Below are positions 1 through 10,755 of a stretch of 64,000 nt of DNA, in pieces. How positions within the stretch are numbered: position 1 is the first letter of the stretch; the number at the start of each line of letters is the position of its first letter. Under the pieces are notes generated by a model. That model did no database searches, was not told where the DNA came from, and saw only the letters and a list, made by a program, of their open reading frames with translations. Origin of the DNA: Thalassoglobus polymorphus (GTDB lineage: Bacteria; Planctomycetota; Planctomycetia; Planctomycetales; Planctomycetaceae); NCBI RefSeq assembly GCF_007744255.1, contig NZ_CP036267.1, positions 1,985,500 through 2,049,499 on the forward strand, given 5' to 3'. The position numbers and the translations under genes were made by a program.

Positions 1-1662
1 CGCCAACTGGCCAAGATGGGCTGTGTGGTTTGGCAGTGGGACATGCTCGGTGATTCGGATTCCATTCAGCTCTCGCGTGAGCTTGTCCACGGTTTCGCAA
101 AACAGCGGGCTGAGATGAACACAACAAAAGACTGGGGACTGTTTAGTCCACAGGCCGAGTCGCACTGTCAGAATGTTCTGGGGCTGCAAACTCTCAACGC
201 CATTCGCGGGTTAGACTTTCTGCTGAGCCTTCCGGAGGTCGATCCGCAGCGTGTCGCCGTCACCGGTGCCAGCGGCGGTGGGACTCAAACAATGCTTCTG
301 GCAGCGATCGATGACCGCATCAAACTCTCTTTTCCTGTTGTCATGGTCAGTACCGCGATGCAGGGGGGATGCACTTGTGAGAACGCGAGTCTGTTGCGTG
401 TGAATACGGGCAATGTCGAGTTCGCCGCGTTGGCTGCACCGAAGCCGCAAGGCATGAACACCGCGAACGACTGGACCAAGGAGATGGCGACCAAGGGCTT
501 TCCTGAATTGCAGCAACTCTATGCGACATACGGCAAGAAGAACAACGTCCTGCTGAAACGTGGTGAGCACTTCCCGCACAACTACAACGCGGTCACTCGT
601 TCCGCTTTCTACACATTCCTGAACAAGCATTTCAAACTCGGTTCTCAAGCCCCCGTGATCGAGACTGATTTCGATCCACTTCCACCTGAGCAACTCACAG
701 TCTGGGACGAAAAGCATCCTGCACCGAAAGCGGCTGATCCCGATTTTGAACGCAACTTGCTGGCATGGTTCACTGAAGACGCCGATAAACAAATCCGGGC
801 CGCGGCAGCCTCACCTGAAGGTTTACGGGATGTGATTCTCCCAGCCGCTGAAGTCCTTATCGGTCGCACTTACGCAAATGCAGGCGATGTGCAATGGGCG
901 CTCAAACAGGAGCAGGAACAGGGCGGCTATGTGAAACATACTGGCACGTTGCTGAACAAAACATACGGCGAGGAAGTGAACGTCGTTTGGCTGTGCCCGA
1001 AGCAATGGAATGGCCGTGTTGTCATTTGGCTTGATGATTCTGGACAGGCGGCAGTTTGCGATGAGGACGGCAGCGTGAACCTCTCAGCAATGAAGCTAAT
1101 TCAGTCAGGCACTGCTGTCTTGGGCGCCGACCTGTTCAACGAAAATGACGAAACGCTGAAGCAGACTCGTGTCGTTGCGAATCCTCGAGAATTCGCAGGC
1201 TACACGTTTGGCTACAATCACGCCTTGTTTGCAAAGCGAGCCCATGATGTGTTGAGTATCGTCAGTTTCCTGCGGCACGCGGATTCTGGTCCCTGTCCGA
1301 GTTCAGACCTGAAAAACGTTGCGATTGCGGGATGGAACGGCACTGGTCCTGTCGTTGCCGCAGCTAGCGGACTTGCAGGCGATGCGATTGATCGCACAGC
1401 GATCGACACTCAAGGATTTCGCTTTGGAGAAATCCTTGACTATCGACATCCAATGTTTTTGCCCGGTGGAGCGAAGTATCTCGATCTGCCCGGTCTGATT
1501 GCACTACAGGCTCCACGTCCGCTGTGGCTGGCCGGCGAATCCGAAACGCCTGCCGCGATCACCTCCGCGTATCAAGCCACTTCTCGAACCGCTGATGTGG
1601 TAACGTTCACTGGTGAGGCCGCGCAACAACAATCTGCGGCCAGCGAGTGGCTACTGAAGTAG
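1..1662 (+). CDS. alpha/beta-hydrolase fold protein (esterase/peptidase-like), probably 5'-truncated by window edge
   Basis: Frame is open from nt 1 and the first Met is at 16. A GxSxG-like nucleophile elbow (VTGASGGG) is followed by a hydrophobic core typical of acetyl-esterase/dienelactone-hydrolase folds. Coding potential is continuous over 1.6 kb. Confidence 0.55.
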   Translation, partial: RQLAKMGCVVWQWDMLGDSDSIQLSRELVHGFAKQRAEMNTTKDWGLFSPQAESHCQNVLGLQTLNAIRGLDFLLSLPEVDPQRVAVTGASGGGTQTMLLAAIDDRIKLSFPVVMVSTAMQGGCTCENASLLRVNTGNVEFAALAAPKPQGMNTANDWTKEMATKGFPELQQLYATYGKKNNVLLKRGEHFPHNYNAVTRSAFYTFLNKHFKLGSQAPVIETDFDPLPPEQLTVWDEKHPAPKAADPDFERNLLAWFTEDADKQIRAAAASPEGLRDVILPAAEVLIGRTYANAGDVQWALKQEQEQGGYVKHTGTLLNKTYGEEVNVVWLCPKQWNGRVVIWLDDSGQAAVCDEDGSVNLSAMKLIQSGTAVLGADLFNENDETLKQTRVVANPREFAGYTFGYNHALFAKRAHDVLSIVSFLRHADSGPCPSSDLKNVAIAGWNGTGPVVAAASGLAGDAIDRTAIDTQGFRFGEILDYRHPMFLPGGAKYLDLPGLIALQAPRPLWLAGESETPAAITSAYQATSRTADVVTFTGEAAQQQSAASEWLLK

Positions 1663-1838
1663 GCCTTCACAAAATATTCTCTTTTGTTTTGCAGGCTGGT
1701 GAACGAACGAGTCTCCTTGGATTTGCGGCAGCGGGAACTGGATTTAGCTGTGCGCAACCGGGGGGCTCGGAATCACTTTATTCACTGCACGAATTGCACT
1801 CTTTACAGACACAAGAAGCAAGAAGGTGTTCTACATTG

Positions 1839-1907
1839 TTCGAATTGCTGTTCGCGTTCTGCCTTGTGGCGAACAGCAGATTTATAAACGAAACGTTTTT
1901 TCATGGG
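1839..1907 (+). repeat. Dispersed ~70-nt intergenic repeat, family 2, copy 1 (TTCGAATT...GCGAACAGC...GAAACG)
   Basis: About 80% identical to 20483-20553 over ~70 nt. Contains an internal hairpin GCTGTTCGC-N13-GCGAACAGC followed by a T-rich tail. Intergenic, between the hydrolase and DUF1559 genes. Confidence 0.6.
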
Positions 1908-2241
1908 CAACATGATAGAGCAAGCATGCTCTCTGCCGCCCAACCCGCGTGACGAGTCCATTCTGGTGACTGCTTTGCACAGCTCTTTTGCGAAAAGACA
2001 AGGGCTGGAATTTCCTGCATAGACGCATGTAGATATAAGTTTCCGTGGTTGTGTTTCCCGTGAGTAGGAATTACGATTCCTTTCGAAGGAAAGCAGCTCG
2101 AGTTTACAGGCACGAAGAGTTCGAAAAGCTGGATTGATTATTTAACCCATCGTTTGCCAGCAGTTCGAAATTTCTAACCTGAATGACCTTCTCGGTATTC
2201 GCTTTGAATGTACGGGTCTAACTTTAGAGGGAAGAAACACG

Positions 2242-3213
2242 ATGACACGGCGACGAAACGGTTTCACACTAATCGAGTTATTGGTCGTGATTGCGATCAT
2301 TGCAATTCTGGTTGCATTATTGCTTCCGGCGGTGCAACAGGCGCGAGAGGCTGCTCGACGTTCGACATGCAAGAACAAGTTGAAGCAGATTGGTTTGGCT
2401 CTTCACAACTACCACGACGTCTCAAACCAATTCCCACCCAGCGCGATTGGACTGGGGTGGTGCAATGTTTCAGGGTCCTATCCAGGTACCGACATGATTC
2501 AGAACAAGAATGGTCTGGCATTGCTGCTCCCGCATCTGGATCAAGCTCCGCTCTACAATCTGATCGATCAGTCGGCAGCACATAGCGCACAAGCGACCGG
2601 GTACTGTTGTGGATATGCAGGAAATACGGCAGGGGCTCTTGCTGTGGACCCAGCTGATAATGCTATCCACATGTCGAGATCGCTGGATGTTTTTCTTTGC
2701 CCTTCAGACGATGCAAAGACACACGTTACGGGAACCGCTTACGGTGTGACCGGTTCTTCGGGGGGAGCCCTGACGAACTACGACTTCAGTGCCGAAGCGA
2801 CGCTGACTTGTAACTATTGGTCGAAGCAAGGCAAGTCGACAAGAAAAATGTTTGGAGAGAACAGCAGGTCCAAGTTCCGTGATGTGAGAGATGGAACTTC
2901 CAACACCATCATGATTTGCGAGTCCACACGAGAGGTCGCAAACGGCGAAGCCAATCCGTGGGGGTATCGAGGGTGGGTCCAAACTGGAGGTGATGTCGAT
3001 GTCGGAATTAACGTCTGGGATGTTCCCACTGGCTCTACGATTCCAACAGTTGGAAATCTCAATAGTTGGGGACAAGTCGGGAGTCTGCATACCGGAGGAG
3101 CCCAGTTCACTTTGGCAGACGGTTCTGTTCGATTCATCTCAGAAAACATTGATCTTGCTACTCTGAGAAATCTCGGAAACATGGCTGACGGCAACACCGT
3201 CGGCGAGTTTTAA
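2242..3213 (+). CDS. DUF1559 family protein with prepilin-type N-terminal cleavage/methylation domain
   Basis: N-terminus MTRRRNGFTLIELLVVIAIIAILVALLLPAVQQAREAARR is the canonical type IV pilin-like signal of the planctomycete DUF1559 paralogs. GAGGG lies 7 nt upstream of the ATG. Confidence 0.9.
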   Translation: MTRRRNGFTLIELLVVIAIIAILVALLLPAVQQAREAARRSTCKNKLKQIGLALHNYHDVSNQFPPSAIGLGWCNVSGSYPGTDMIQNKNGLALLLPHLDQAPLYNLIDQSAAHSAQATGYCCGYAGNTAGALAVDPADNAIHMSRSLDVFLCPSDDAKTHVTGTAYGVTGSSGGALTNYDFSAEATLTCNYWSKQGKSTRKMFGENSRSKFRDVRDGTSNTIMICESTREVANGEANPWGYRGWVQTGGDVDVGINVWDVPTGSTIPTVGNLNSWGQVGSLHTGGAQFTLADGSVRFISENIDLATLRNLGNMADGNTVGEF

Positions 3214-3272
3214 TGCAGACTTGCCCGAGAAGCTCTTGATCCGAGATTGTAGGTCAAGTCTCTAAGCGTCGA

Positions 3273-3312
3273 ACCTGAATCACTGCGATTCATCGCAGTG
3301 ATTCAGGTCTTT
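3273..3312 (+). terminator. Hairpin downstream of the DUF1559 gene (16-bp perfect stem, 4-nt loop, then TCTTT)
   Basis: ACCTGAATCACTGCGA-TTCA-TCGCAGTGATTCAGGT read directly, about 60 nt after the stop. The U-tract is weak. Confidence 0.5.
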
Positions 3313-3510
3313 GGGGCTCCCTCGACTGGACACCGCAGTTGTTCCGGTTTTGCAGAGAGCAGAGCTTTCAATTCTATTTGCGATTCATCTTCACTCATTA
3401 GAACCAGTCCGAAAACCTCTGGGATAGCCGCTTTTCTTAACGTTTGAGAGAGCAATTTTAAGTCTCAAGATCAGTTCTAGTTCATTTTCAAAGACAGCAA
3501 AGCGATAAAC

Positions 3511-3960
3511 ATGCTTGGAAATTTTCCATCTCGAGAATTACTGGTATCAAGTTGCCTGTTCCTGTTAGTCGGGTGCGGTGGAAGTCCCGATACTGGACCG
3601 GAACTCGTTGATGCAGGGGGCACAGTGAAGCTTTCAGGTGAGCCTCTTGCCCATGCGGATCTCTATTTCATGCCGGCCGCCGGAACATCGGGGATCGGGG
3701 GGACTGCGAGGTCAGACGAATCTGGCAATTTCACGGTGAACTACGGTCGTGGGGGAACTGGACTTCCTGCAGGAAACTATGTCGTGACAGTGAGTCAACG
3801 ACTCATGCCTGATGGAACACCGGTTGCCGTGGACGATGACAGGGATCCCATTGAATCCCCCGCAAAGGAACAGTTACCTGAAAAGTACAGCAACGCAGAA
3901 AAGTCAAAAGTTCAGGCTGTCGTCCAGCCTGGGCAGGCGATTCAAATCGACCTTGAATAG
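3511..3960 (+). CDS. small secreted lipoprotein (hypothetical)
   Basis: Signal peptide with a lipobox-like LLVGCGG. 149 aa, rich in Gly/Thr. Small lipoproteins commonly follow DUF1559 genes in planctomycetes. Confidence 0.6.
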   Translation: MLGNFPSRELLVSSCLFLLVGCGGSPDTGPELVDAGGTVKLSGEPLAHADLYFMPAAGTSGIGGTARSDESGNFTVNYGRGGTGLPAGNYVVTVSQRLMPDGTPVAVDDDRDPIESPAKEQLPEKYSNAEKSKVQAVVQPGQAIQIDLE

Positions 3961-4132
3961 TCGACTCGATCTATTGATTCAGAATACGATTTTCAAGAGT
4001 GGCGAGGTGGACCGGTCGCAAGCACAGGCACAAGTTTCTTTCTTTTGCGTGTTTCGATAGCATCTTTGAATAATGAACGCGATCAGCCTTGTGGGTGATT
4101 CTGCTTTCTCGCAAATTTGTTGAAGTTGTTCC

Positions 4133-7100
4133 ATGCTTATCAGTACCTATCAGCGTAGATCCGTCCTCCTCGCATTTCTACTTTCGTTGACTACAACGAT
4201 TCAGGCGAATGACTGGCCGCAATGGCGTTTCGGTCCTGGGCATTCCGCATCATCGCCGGATTCATTGCCAGACCAATTGTCGCTGCAATGGACTCGCACC
4301 GATCTTCCAAGGAGGCAAGCCTGGGATGATCCACTGAATAATGATGTCATGCAGTACGATCGGATCTTTGAGCCGGTCGTCAAAGATGGTCGTATGTTCG
4401 TGCCGTACAACGATTCCGACAAAATCGTTGCAATCGATGTCGAGAGCGGTGATGAACTCTGGACGTTTTACACATCAGGTCCGATCCGCTTTGCACCAGT
4501 TGCCTGGCGAGATGTCGTCTTTTTCACAAGCGACGATGGTCATCTGTATTGTGTCTCTGCGATTAATGGTAGTGAAAAATGGAAATTCCGAGGTGGTCCA
4601 TCCGAGCGGAAAGTGATTGGGAATAGAAGAGTGATCTCCGCCTGGCCAGCGAGAGGCGGGCCTGTGGTCCACGAAGATTCAGTTTACTTCGCTGCCAGTA
4701 TCTGGCCGTTTATGGGAACTTTCATCTATTCATTGGACGCCGAGTCTGGGGCCGTACGCTGGGTCAACGACAGCACCGCTGCTCACTACATCAAACAACC
4801 GCATAGCGCGCCAGCTTTTGCTGGCGTGGCGCCCCAGGGAACAATGAGCGTCGTCGAAGAGACTCTTCTCGTTCCGGGAGGTCGGAGCGTTCCCGCTGCG
4901 CTTGATCGAAGGACTGGTGCGTTCAAGTACTTTGATCTGAATGCAGGTGGCAAAGGAAACGGTGGATCGTTTGTCATCGGTCGCGATGATGAATTCTATG
5001 TGCATACACGGGAAAGAGGCGTACGGTCCTACGATTTGAAGACAGGAAAGAAGACCGCGTTTCGAGTCACAGAACCTGTTCTCTCGTCAGACTTCGTCTA
5101 TACAGCTGATGGTACGAGCAAGGTAAAAGCCTTCGATGAGGCAAAAAAAGTTGTGTGGGAGTTGTCAGGCGTTGATGCTTCGGGAGATTTGATTCAATCA
5201 GGTGATCGACTTTACGCTGCCGGAGGCGGCAAACTTACAGCCATCCAGTTGAACAACGAGAACCGTGAGCCGGAAGTTGTCTGGACACAACCGATTGATG
5301 AACAAGTCGTAAGGCTTTTGGCTGCGAGTCAGCGTCTCTTCGCTGTGAATCTGAATGGTCAGATCATGTGCTTCGGAGAGGATGCAGGAGACGTCAAAAA
5401 AACGGAGAGAGCCGTCAAGCCATTGCCTTCAAATGAATCTTCAGACTTGACGAAGCGGTTGATAAAGCAATCCACGATGAACAGCGGGGTTGTTCTCTGG
5501 TACGGTCTGGAGAATGAGCAACTCTTGCAATCGGTCTTGCAAGAATCGGAATACCAGATTGTCCTTGTCCTCGAAGATCAACAACAGGTCGAACGCCTCA
5601 GAAGAGAGTTCGATGCTGCTGGCGTTTACGGAGAGCGCATCGCTGTGCATCACGGGACGATCGATTCGTTTCAGGCTCCACCTTACATTGCACCACTCGT
5701 CGTAATTGACGGGAACCAGGTGGAGGTTGTTAAGACGGACCAGGATCTCCTTCGCCAGGCGTATGAGTCAGTGAGACCATACGGCGGTTGCCTGGTGGCC
5801 ATTCATCCATCGTTGGGACAGACTCTCGCTGACGCATGCGAAGCGGCGAAACTCGAAAATGTCTCCGTGGAGGAATCTTCCCCCTTCATGGTTGCTCGCC
5901 GGGTTGGAGCGTTGACAGGGGCAGCGGACTGGACGCATCAATACGGAGACATCGCCAATACAGTCAAGTCGAATGACTCACGGGTCAAGCTTCCCTTGGG
6001 GTTGCTCTGGTTTGGTGGGAATTCAAACATGGACGTGTTGCCGCGACATAGTCACGCTCCACCGGAGCAAGTTGTGAGTGGGCGGCTTTACATCCAAGGT
6101 ATGAACTCGCTCAGTTGTCGTGACGTCTACACCGGCAGAGTGATATGGAAACGTGAATTTGAAGACTTGGGAACCTTCGACGTTTACTATGACTCAACAT
6201 ACAAAGACACACCGCTCGATACAGCTTACAACCAGGTTCATATTCCTGGGGCAAATGGACGGGGAACGAACTACGTCGCCACCGAAGAGGCGATCTATCT
6301 TGCAATCGGTGACTCTTGCCATGTACTCGATGTGGAAACTGGCGAAATGCTTTCTGAAATCACGCTTCCTCCAGCGAGAGATGGTCAGCAACATGAGTGG
6401 GGATTCATCGGGGTCTACGAAGATGTTTTATTCGGTGGAATTGGATTCGCAAACTATGGTGAACGACTGAGCCTTTCCTTCGAGGAGAGCGATAGTAAGT
6501 TGTCAAGAAATTCAAAAGGATTTGGTTCCAAAAGTCTGGATCGCTCTGCAAGCCAGGGACTTGTTGCCTTCAATCGCCACACCGGCGAACAGTTATGGAA
6601 AATCGAGGCGCGACACAGTTTCCTGCACAATGCGATCGTTGCAGGTGATGGCAAAGTCTTTTGTCTCGATAAGCTGCAAAAGCCAATCGAGGATAAACTG
6701 CGTCGCCGTGGGCGAACTCCTCCCGAGACCTATCGAATTATCGCAACCGATGTTCGCACCGGAAAAGAACTCTGGGAAGTGACTGAAAACATTTTTGGAA
6801 CATGGCTCGGATATTCCGAGAAACATCAACTCCTGTTGCAAGCCGGGGCAAAAGCGAGTGATCGTCTGAAGTCGGAAGTGGGCCAGGGAATGGCGGTCTA
6901 CCACGGAGAGGATGGTCAATTGAAGTGGTATGTTGCTGACCGAGCCTACGCCGGACCTTGTATTTTGCACAATGAAACGATTCTTACGAACGCCAATTCG
7001 TACCAACCTTCATCGGGGACGTTTAGCTTGCTGACTGGTGAACCTGAATTCATCGTCAATCCCATTACGCAGAAAGAGCAGGTTTGGCAAATCTGTCGTT

Positions 7101-8452
7101 CTTACGGATGCAACACGGTCATCGCGAGCGAAAATCTGCTGACCTTTCGCTCTGGTGCTGCTGGATACTACGACATGCAAACCATGAGTGGGACCGGGAA
7201 CTTAGGTGGTTTCAAATCTGGTTGCACTTCCAATCTCGTCGTCGCCAATGGCGTGTTGAACGCTCCGGATTATACCCGGACGTGCAGTTGCAGCTACCAA
7301 AATCAAACATCAGTAGCGCTCATTCATATGCCTGATATGGATATGTGGACGGTGAACCATACTGCGAAGTTCAGCAAGCCGGGCGATAGCATTGAACGAA
7401 TTGGCATTAATTTTGGTTCTCCCGGCGATCGCACCGATTCCAATGGGACGCTTTGGCTGGATTACCCTGTCGTTGGTGGTGAGTCAGCGAATATCGATGT
7501 TCAGGTGACTGGTGACGTCGAATACTATCACAATAATACACTCAAGTTTGATGGCCCTGCGACTCCATGGGTCGGCGCTTCAGGAGTTCTCAACGCCGAA
7601 ACAATTACGATTCCGTTGTCGATCAAAACCGATTCGGATGGACTCTCTTTTGCTGTCTCGAAGGCGAGTGACGATGCGGAAGAGGACCCCAGGGGAGATG
7701 TCAACCTCACAAGTAGCGATTTGGAACTCACTCTTGATAAGGAAACTCAGATCGTCGGTATTCGATTCGAAAACGTCTCCTTACCTCAATCCGTTTCCAT
7801 CGACAACGCATACATTCAGTTCACTTCTGACGAAACGAATAATGAAGAGACCAAACTGACGATTGGGATTGAAAATGTTGGCAACGCCAAGACATTTTTG
7901 GATCAGTCGAAGAATATCAGTCGACGTCAACTTCTCGAGAGTCAAGTTTCCTGGCAACCTGCACCATGGGATAAAGTCAATAGAGCACTCGAAGAACAAC
8001 GAACTCCGAACTTGGCTTCGATCTTAAGACAAGTGATTGCTCGACCAGACTGGAAGCAGGGAAATGCAGTCGCATTTGTCATTTCCGGTTCTGGAAAACG
8101 TGTCGCCAAGTCGTTTAGTGGCAACGGGAAAATGGCGGCTCGTCTTGTTGTGGAAACGAGTGATCCGCTGATGGCACAGGACTCGCATCCCACTCATCCC
8201 CATACCGTTCGACTTTACTTTGCTGAACCGGCAGAAACAGAAGTTGGTGAGCGTCTGTTCGGGGTTGAACTTAATGGGAAACTTGTCGAAGAACAATTCG
8301 ACATCGTTGCAACTGCTGGTCAGAAGCGATCGACTATTGTCCGTGAATATCGAGATGTCCCCATCGGACAAGCTTTGAAGATTCGCTTGCCGAATCATGT
8401 CGGGCAAGCAGTTTTGAGTGGAGTCGAAATCATTCGCCAGACCGCAGAATAA
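4133..8452 (+). CDS. giant secreted PQQ-like beta-propeller repeat protein
   Basis: 1439-aa ORF with an N-terminal signal peptide. Repeated PQQ/BamB-type motifs, for example DGHLYCVSAINGSEKWKF, DKIVAIDVESGDELWTF and GQIMCFGEDAG. Confidence 0.8.
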   Translation: MLISTYQRRSVLLAFLLSLTTTIQANDWPQWRFGPGHSASSPDSLPDQLSLQWTRTDLPRRQAWDDPLNNDVMQYDRIFEPVVKDGRMFVPYNDSDKIVAIDVESGDELWTFYTSGPIRFAPVAWRDVVFFTSDDGHLYCVSAINGSEKWKFRGGPSERKVIGNRRVISAWPARGGPVVHEDSVYFAASIWPFMGTFIYSLDAESGAVRWVNDSTAAHYIKQPHSAPAFAGVAPQGTMSVVEETLLVPGGRSVPAALDRRTGAFKYFDLNAGGKGNGGSFVIGRDDEFYVHTRERGVRSYDLKTGKKTAFRVTEPVLSSDFVYTADGTSKVKAFDEAKKVVWELSGVDASGDLIQSGDRLYAAGGGKLTAIQLNNENREPEVVWTQPIDEQVVRLLAASQRLFAVNLNGQIMCFGEDAGDVKKTERAVKPLPSNESSDLTKRLIKQSTMNSGVVLWYGLENEQLLQSVLQESEYQIVLVLEDQQQVERLRREFDAAGVYGERIAVHHGTIDSFQAPPYIAPLVVIDGNQVEVVKTDQDLLRQAYESVRPYGGCLVAIHPSLGQTLADACEAAKLENVSVEESSPFMVARRVGALTGAADWTHQYGDIANTVKSNDSRVKLPLGLLWFGGNSNMDVLPRHSHAPPEQVVSGRLYIQGMNSLSCRDVYTGRVIWKREFEDLGTFDVYYDSTYKDTPLDTAYNQVHIPGANGRGTNYVATEEAIYLAIGDSCHVLDVETGEMLSEITLPPARDGQQHEWGFIGVYEDVLFGGIGFANYGERLSLSFEESDSKLSRNSKGFGSKSLDRSASQGLVAFNRHTGEQLWKIEARHSFLHNAIVAGDGKVFCLDKLQKPIEDKLRRRGRTPPETYRIIATDVRTGKELWEVTENIFGTWLGYSEKHQLLLQAGAKASDRLKSEVGQGMAVYHGEDGQLKWYVADRAYAGPCILHNETILTNANSYQPSSGTFSLLTGEPEFIVNPITQKEQVWQICRSYGCNTVIASENLLTFRSGAAGYYDMQTMSGTGNLGGFKSGCTSNLVVANGVLNAPDYTRTCSCSYQNQTSVALIHMPDMDMWTVNHTAKFSKPGDSIERIGINFGSPGDRTDSNGTLWLDYPVVGGESANIDVQVTGDVEYYHNNTLKFDGPATPWVGASGVLNAETITIPLSIKTDSDGLSFAVSKASDDAEEDPRGDVNLTSSDLELTLDKETQIVGIRFENVSLPQSVSIDNAYIQFTSDETNNEETKLTIGIENVGNAKTFLDQSKNISRRQLLESQVSWQPAPWDKVNRALEEQRTPNLASILRQVIARPDWKQGNAVAFVISGSGKRVAKSFSGNGKMAARLVVETSDPLMAQDSHPTHPHTVRLYFAEPAETEVGERLFGVELNGKLVEEQFDIVATAGQKRSTIVREYRDVPIGQALKIRLPNHVGQAVLSGVEIIRQTAE

Positions 8453-8608
8453 CCTCTCCCTGCCACATTATCAGTGACATTGACATTCGAGCAGGCAACT
8501 CCATTCGATTGTTATTGCGGGAAACCACGGTTTCCCGCTGCTTGAAGATGTCATCGGTGGAATTGGTTCGGAAATCCGAAAACCAAACAGCCAATAACCC
8601 GATTTGAA

Positions 8609-9529
8609 TTAAATCTCAATCTGGCATTGAGGACGAGGAGCCTGCAGCTCTTTCACACCAGCTGGGGTGACACCGGTTTTTGTCAGGCACAACGAAGTGA
8701 TATTTTTTAAGCTTTTCAGTTTCGGCAAACCGCTGTCTGTGATATCGCAACTTCGAAGGCTGAGCGTTTCGAGCTGTTTCATCAGCTTTATGGACGCCAG
8801 TCCGCTGTCGGTGACTTGCGTCTCATCAAGTTCGAGCCAATTCAGCTGAGTCATTTTCTCAATGTACTTCAAGCCTTCGTCTGTGACTTGCGTGTTTCTT
8901 AGCCAAAGCCGCTGAATTTTTGTCAGGCCTTTCAGGTGTTTCAGCCCCGCGTCCGAAATTTTATTGTCACGTAAAAGCAACGTTTTGAGTTTTTTAAGCT
9001 TCTTGAGGTGGACCAATCCATCATCGTTGATTTGAGTTGCCGTCAAACCGAGAGCCGTAAGTTGAGTGAGTCCGGCGAGATGTTTGAGACCTGCCTGTGA
9101 AGTTCCGGTTCTCGCCAGATAAAGCTCTTCCAGCCCGCTCAGCTTAGCGAGTGTCGCCAGTCCAGAGTTTGTCACTTTAGATTTTGAGAGGATCAGAATC
9201 TGTAATTTTGGCATCGATTTCAGATGCTTGATTCCGGCATCGCCAACCATCGTGCCTGATAGACTTAAGTAACGCAGCTGTTTGAGTTTATGTACGTCCT
9301 TCAGGCCAGCATCCGTGACCTGTGTGCTGCTCAGGTTCAGCTCTGTGAGGTGTTTTAAAGTGACAACGTGCGCCATCGTTGCATCCGAAAACTTCGTTCC
9401 GGAAAAACTGAGTCGCACAATTCGGTCGTAGTCGTCCCTTTCGATCGAGGCCCCAGCTTCTTTTAAAGCGATTCGGGCACTTTCGTCCCTATCACATTCC
9501 TCCATCTCTAAACTCGAATCAACACTCAT
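8609..9529 (-). CDS. leucine-rich repeat (LRR) protein
   Basis: About ten tandem ~24-aa repeats of the form LxxLxxLxLxxTxVTDxGLxxL across 306 aa. Confidence 0.85.
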   Translation of the reverse strand: MSVDSSLEMEECDRDESARIALKEAGASIERDDYDRIVRLSFSGTKFSDATMAHVVTLKHLTELNLSSTQVTDAGLKDVHKLKQLRYLSLSGTMVGDAGIKHLKSMPKLQILILSKSKVTNSGLATLAKLSGLEELYLARTGTSQAGLKHLAGLTQLTALGLTATQINDDGLVHLKKLKKLKTLLLRDNKISDAGLKHLKGLTKIQRLWLRNTQVTDEGLKYIEKMTQLNWLELDETQVTDSGLASIKLMKQLETLSLRSCDITDSGLPKLKSLKNITSLCLTKTGVTPAGVKELQAPRPQCQIEI

Positions 9530-9801
9530 GAACCCCTCAACGATCTAATCCAATTCTCTTATATGAGGGTATTCTATCCGATCCCGGAGTGACTCTCAAA
9601 CCTCTTGTCAAGGTCGTCCCCGTGCAGCGACCGGGGAACACGAAGTTGTGAAGAATTCAAACGGCGGTCCTCAGCAACGCATCAGTCAACTCATGCGCAT
9701 CGAGAGCGTCTTTCGAATTGGTGCTCAGGTTCTGTGCGTCGTGGAAAAGGACAGGGAGAAAAGAGGCTGTGGGAAATGAGGCAGGGTCTCCTGTGAGAAC
9801 T

Positions 9802-10752
9802 TCAAGCAATCGATTTCTGGAAATCGATTGCTTGCACTTCGTTTCCCATTAAGGGAGCCATGTGGCGGTCAAAATCAAGCTTCGCCAAGACCAGCACAGT
9901 GACCAACGGGATCGAGACCAGAACGATTCGGAGGGCTCCTACTATCCCCCGCTTCCGGTTTCGAAAATATGAAAGTTCAGTCGCCCAGCAAAGTACTGGG
10001 GAAGCCAGAATGGTCAGTGCGTAATAGGTCGAGAGTCTGCCGAAAAAACATCCAATGAACAACACTCCGAATAGACTCACGACTCCAATTCCAAGGATTG
10101 CTTGACCACCGGAATATGTCGAGAGGTGCAAGCGATTGGTGATCAGCATTGTCATGATGGTCGCTGCGGTAAGTGTTCCAGTCAGCGGGACTGTAGCAGC
10201 GCCACCTTTGATGTAACCCGACATCATCACTGCCGCACCAGCACACGGCATCGCCAGACACAATGCAAGTGGAATTGAGGCTCCTGGAGAACGATTGAAG
10301 AGCCAGTCAAGCAATCCCCAAACGCCTGCAAGTAACCCGCTGCTCATAGTCAGTGCTATCGCTGCCTGCCATGCGGTCCACTCAACGTCAGCCCCACTCA
10401 GATAGACGGAACCATGCAGCAGAATTCGAGGTATCGCTAAGGCGAGACTGATCCGCAAGAACCACACGCACCATCGTGGTACGCGCTGGTTTCCTGCGAA
10501 CAACTCAATGGCAAGTGTGGCCGGGATGACAATTTCAATCAAACGGTCCATCCCGTTCATCGGGGGCCAGGCGAATTGCCAGGACATGACTCGGAACCCG
10601 ATTGAGACGCCAATTGCAATGCTGATGACACAGACCGAAGTGTGCCACAATTTGTCTTGCGTCCTTCGCAATGACAGCAGCATCAGGATGGACATAACAA
10701 CAGCGATGGAGGCTGCCCCGATTGACTTAAGGTATAGCAGCGGCTCAGGCAT
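9802..10752 (-). CDS. polytopic inner-membrane protein (hypothetical)
   Basis: 316 aa with 8-9 predicted hydrophobic helices. Separated by 3 bp from the upstream yceI-like gene, so likely co-transcribed. Confidence 0.6.
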   Translation of the reverse strand: MPEPLLYLKSIGAASIAVVMSILMLLSLRRTQDKLWHTSVCVISIAIGVSIGFRVMSWQFAWPPMNGMDRLIEIVIPATLAIELFAGNQRVPRWCVWFLRISLALAIPRILLHGSVYLSGADVEWTAWQAAIALTMSSGLLAGVWGLLDWLFNRSPGASIPLALCLAMPCAGAAVMMSGYIKGGAATVPLTGTLTAATIMTMLITNRLHLSTYSGGQAILGIGVVSLFGVLFIGCFFGRLSTYYALTILASPVLCWATELSYFRNRKRGIVGALRIVLVSIPLVTVLVLAKLDFDRHMAPLMGNEVQAIDFQKSIA

Positions 10753-10755
10753 CGG

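Noticed and set aside
1647-1952. Small ORFs (101 aa / 67 aa) between the hydrolase and DUF1559 genes
   Set aside because: They coincide with family-2 repeat copy 1 and its hairpin. They have no RBS, and the Cys/His-rich translation likely comes from the repeat sequence.
8517-8538. Hairpin GCGGGAAAC-CACG-GTTTCCCGC between the PQQ and LRR genes as a bidirectional terminator
   Set aside because: The stem is real, but neither strand has a following U-tract, so confidence was too low to list as a feature.
9802-10752. Cytochrome b561 (YceJ-like) identity for the membrane protein next to yceI
   Set aside because: The YceI-b561 pairing is common, but this protein lacks the conserved paired His ligands expected in b561 helices. 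Left as a hypothetical membrane protein.
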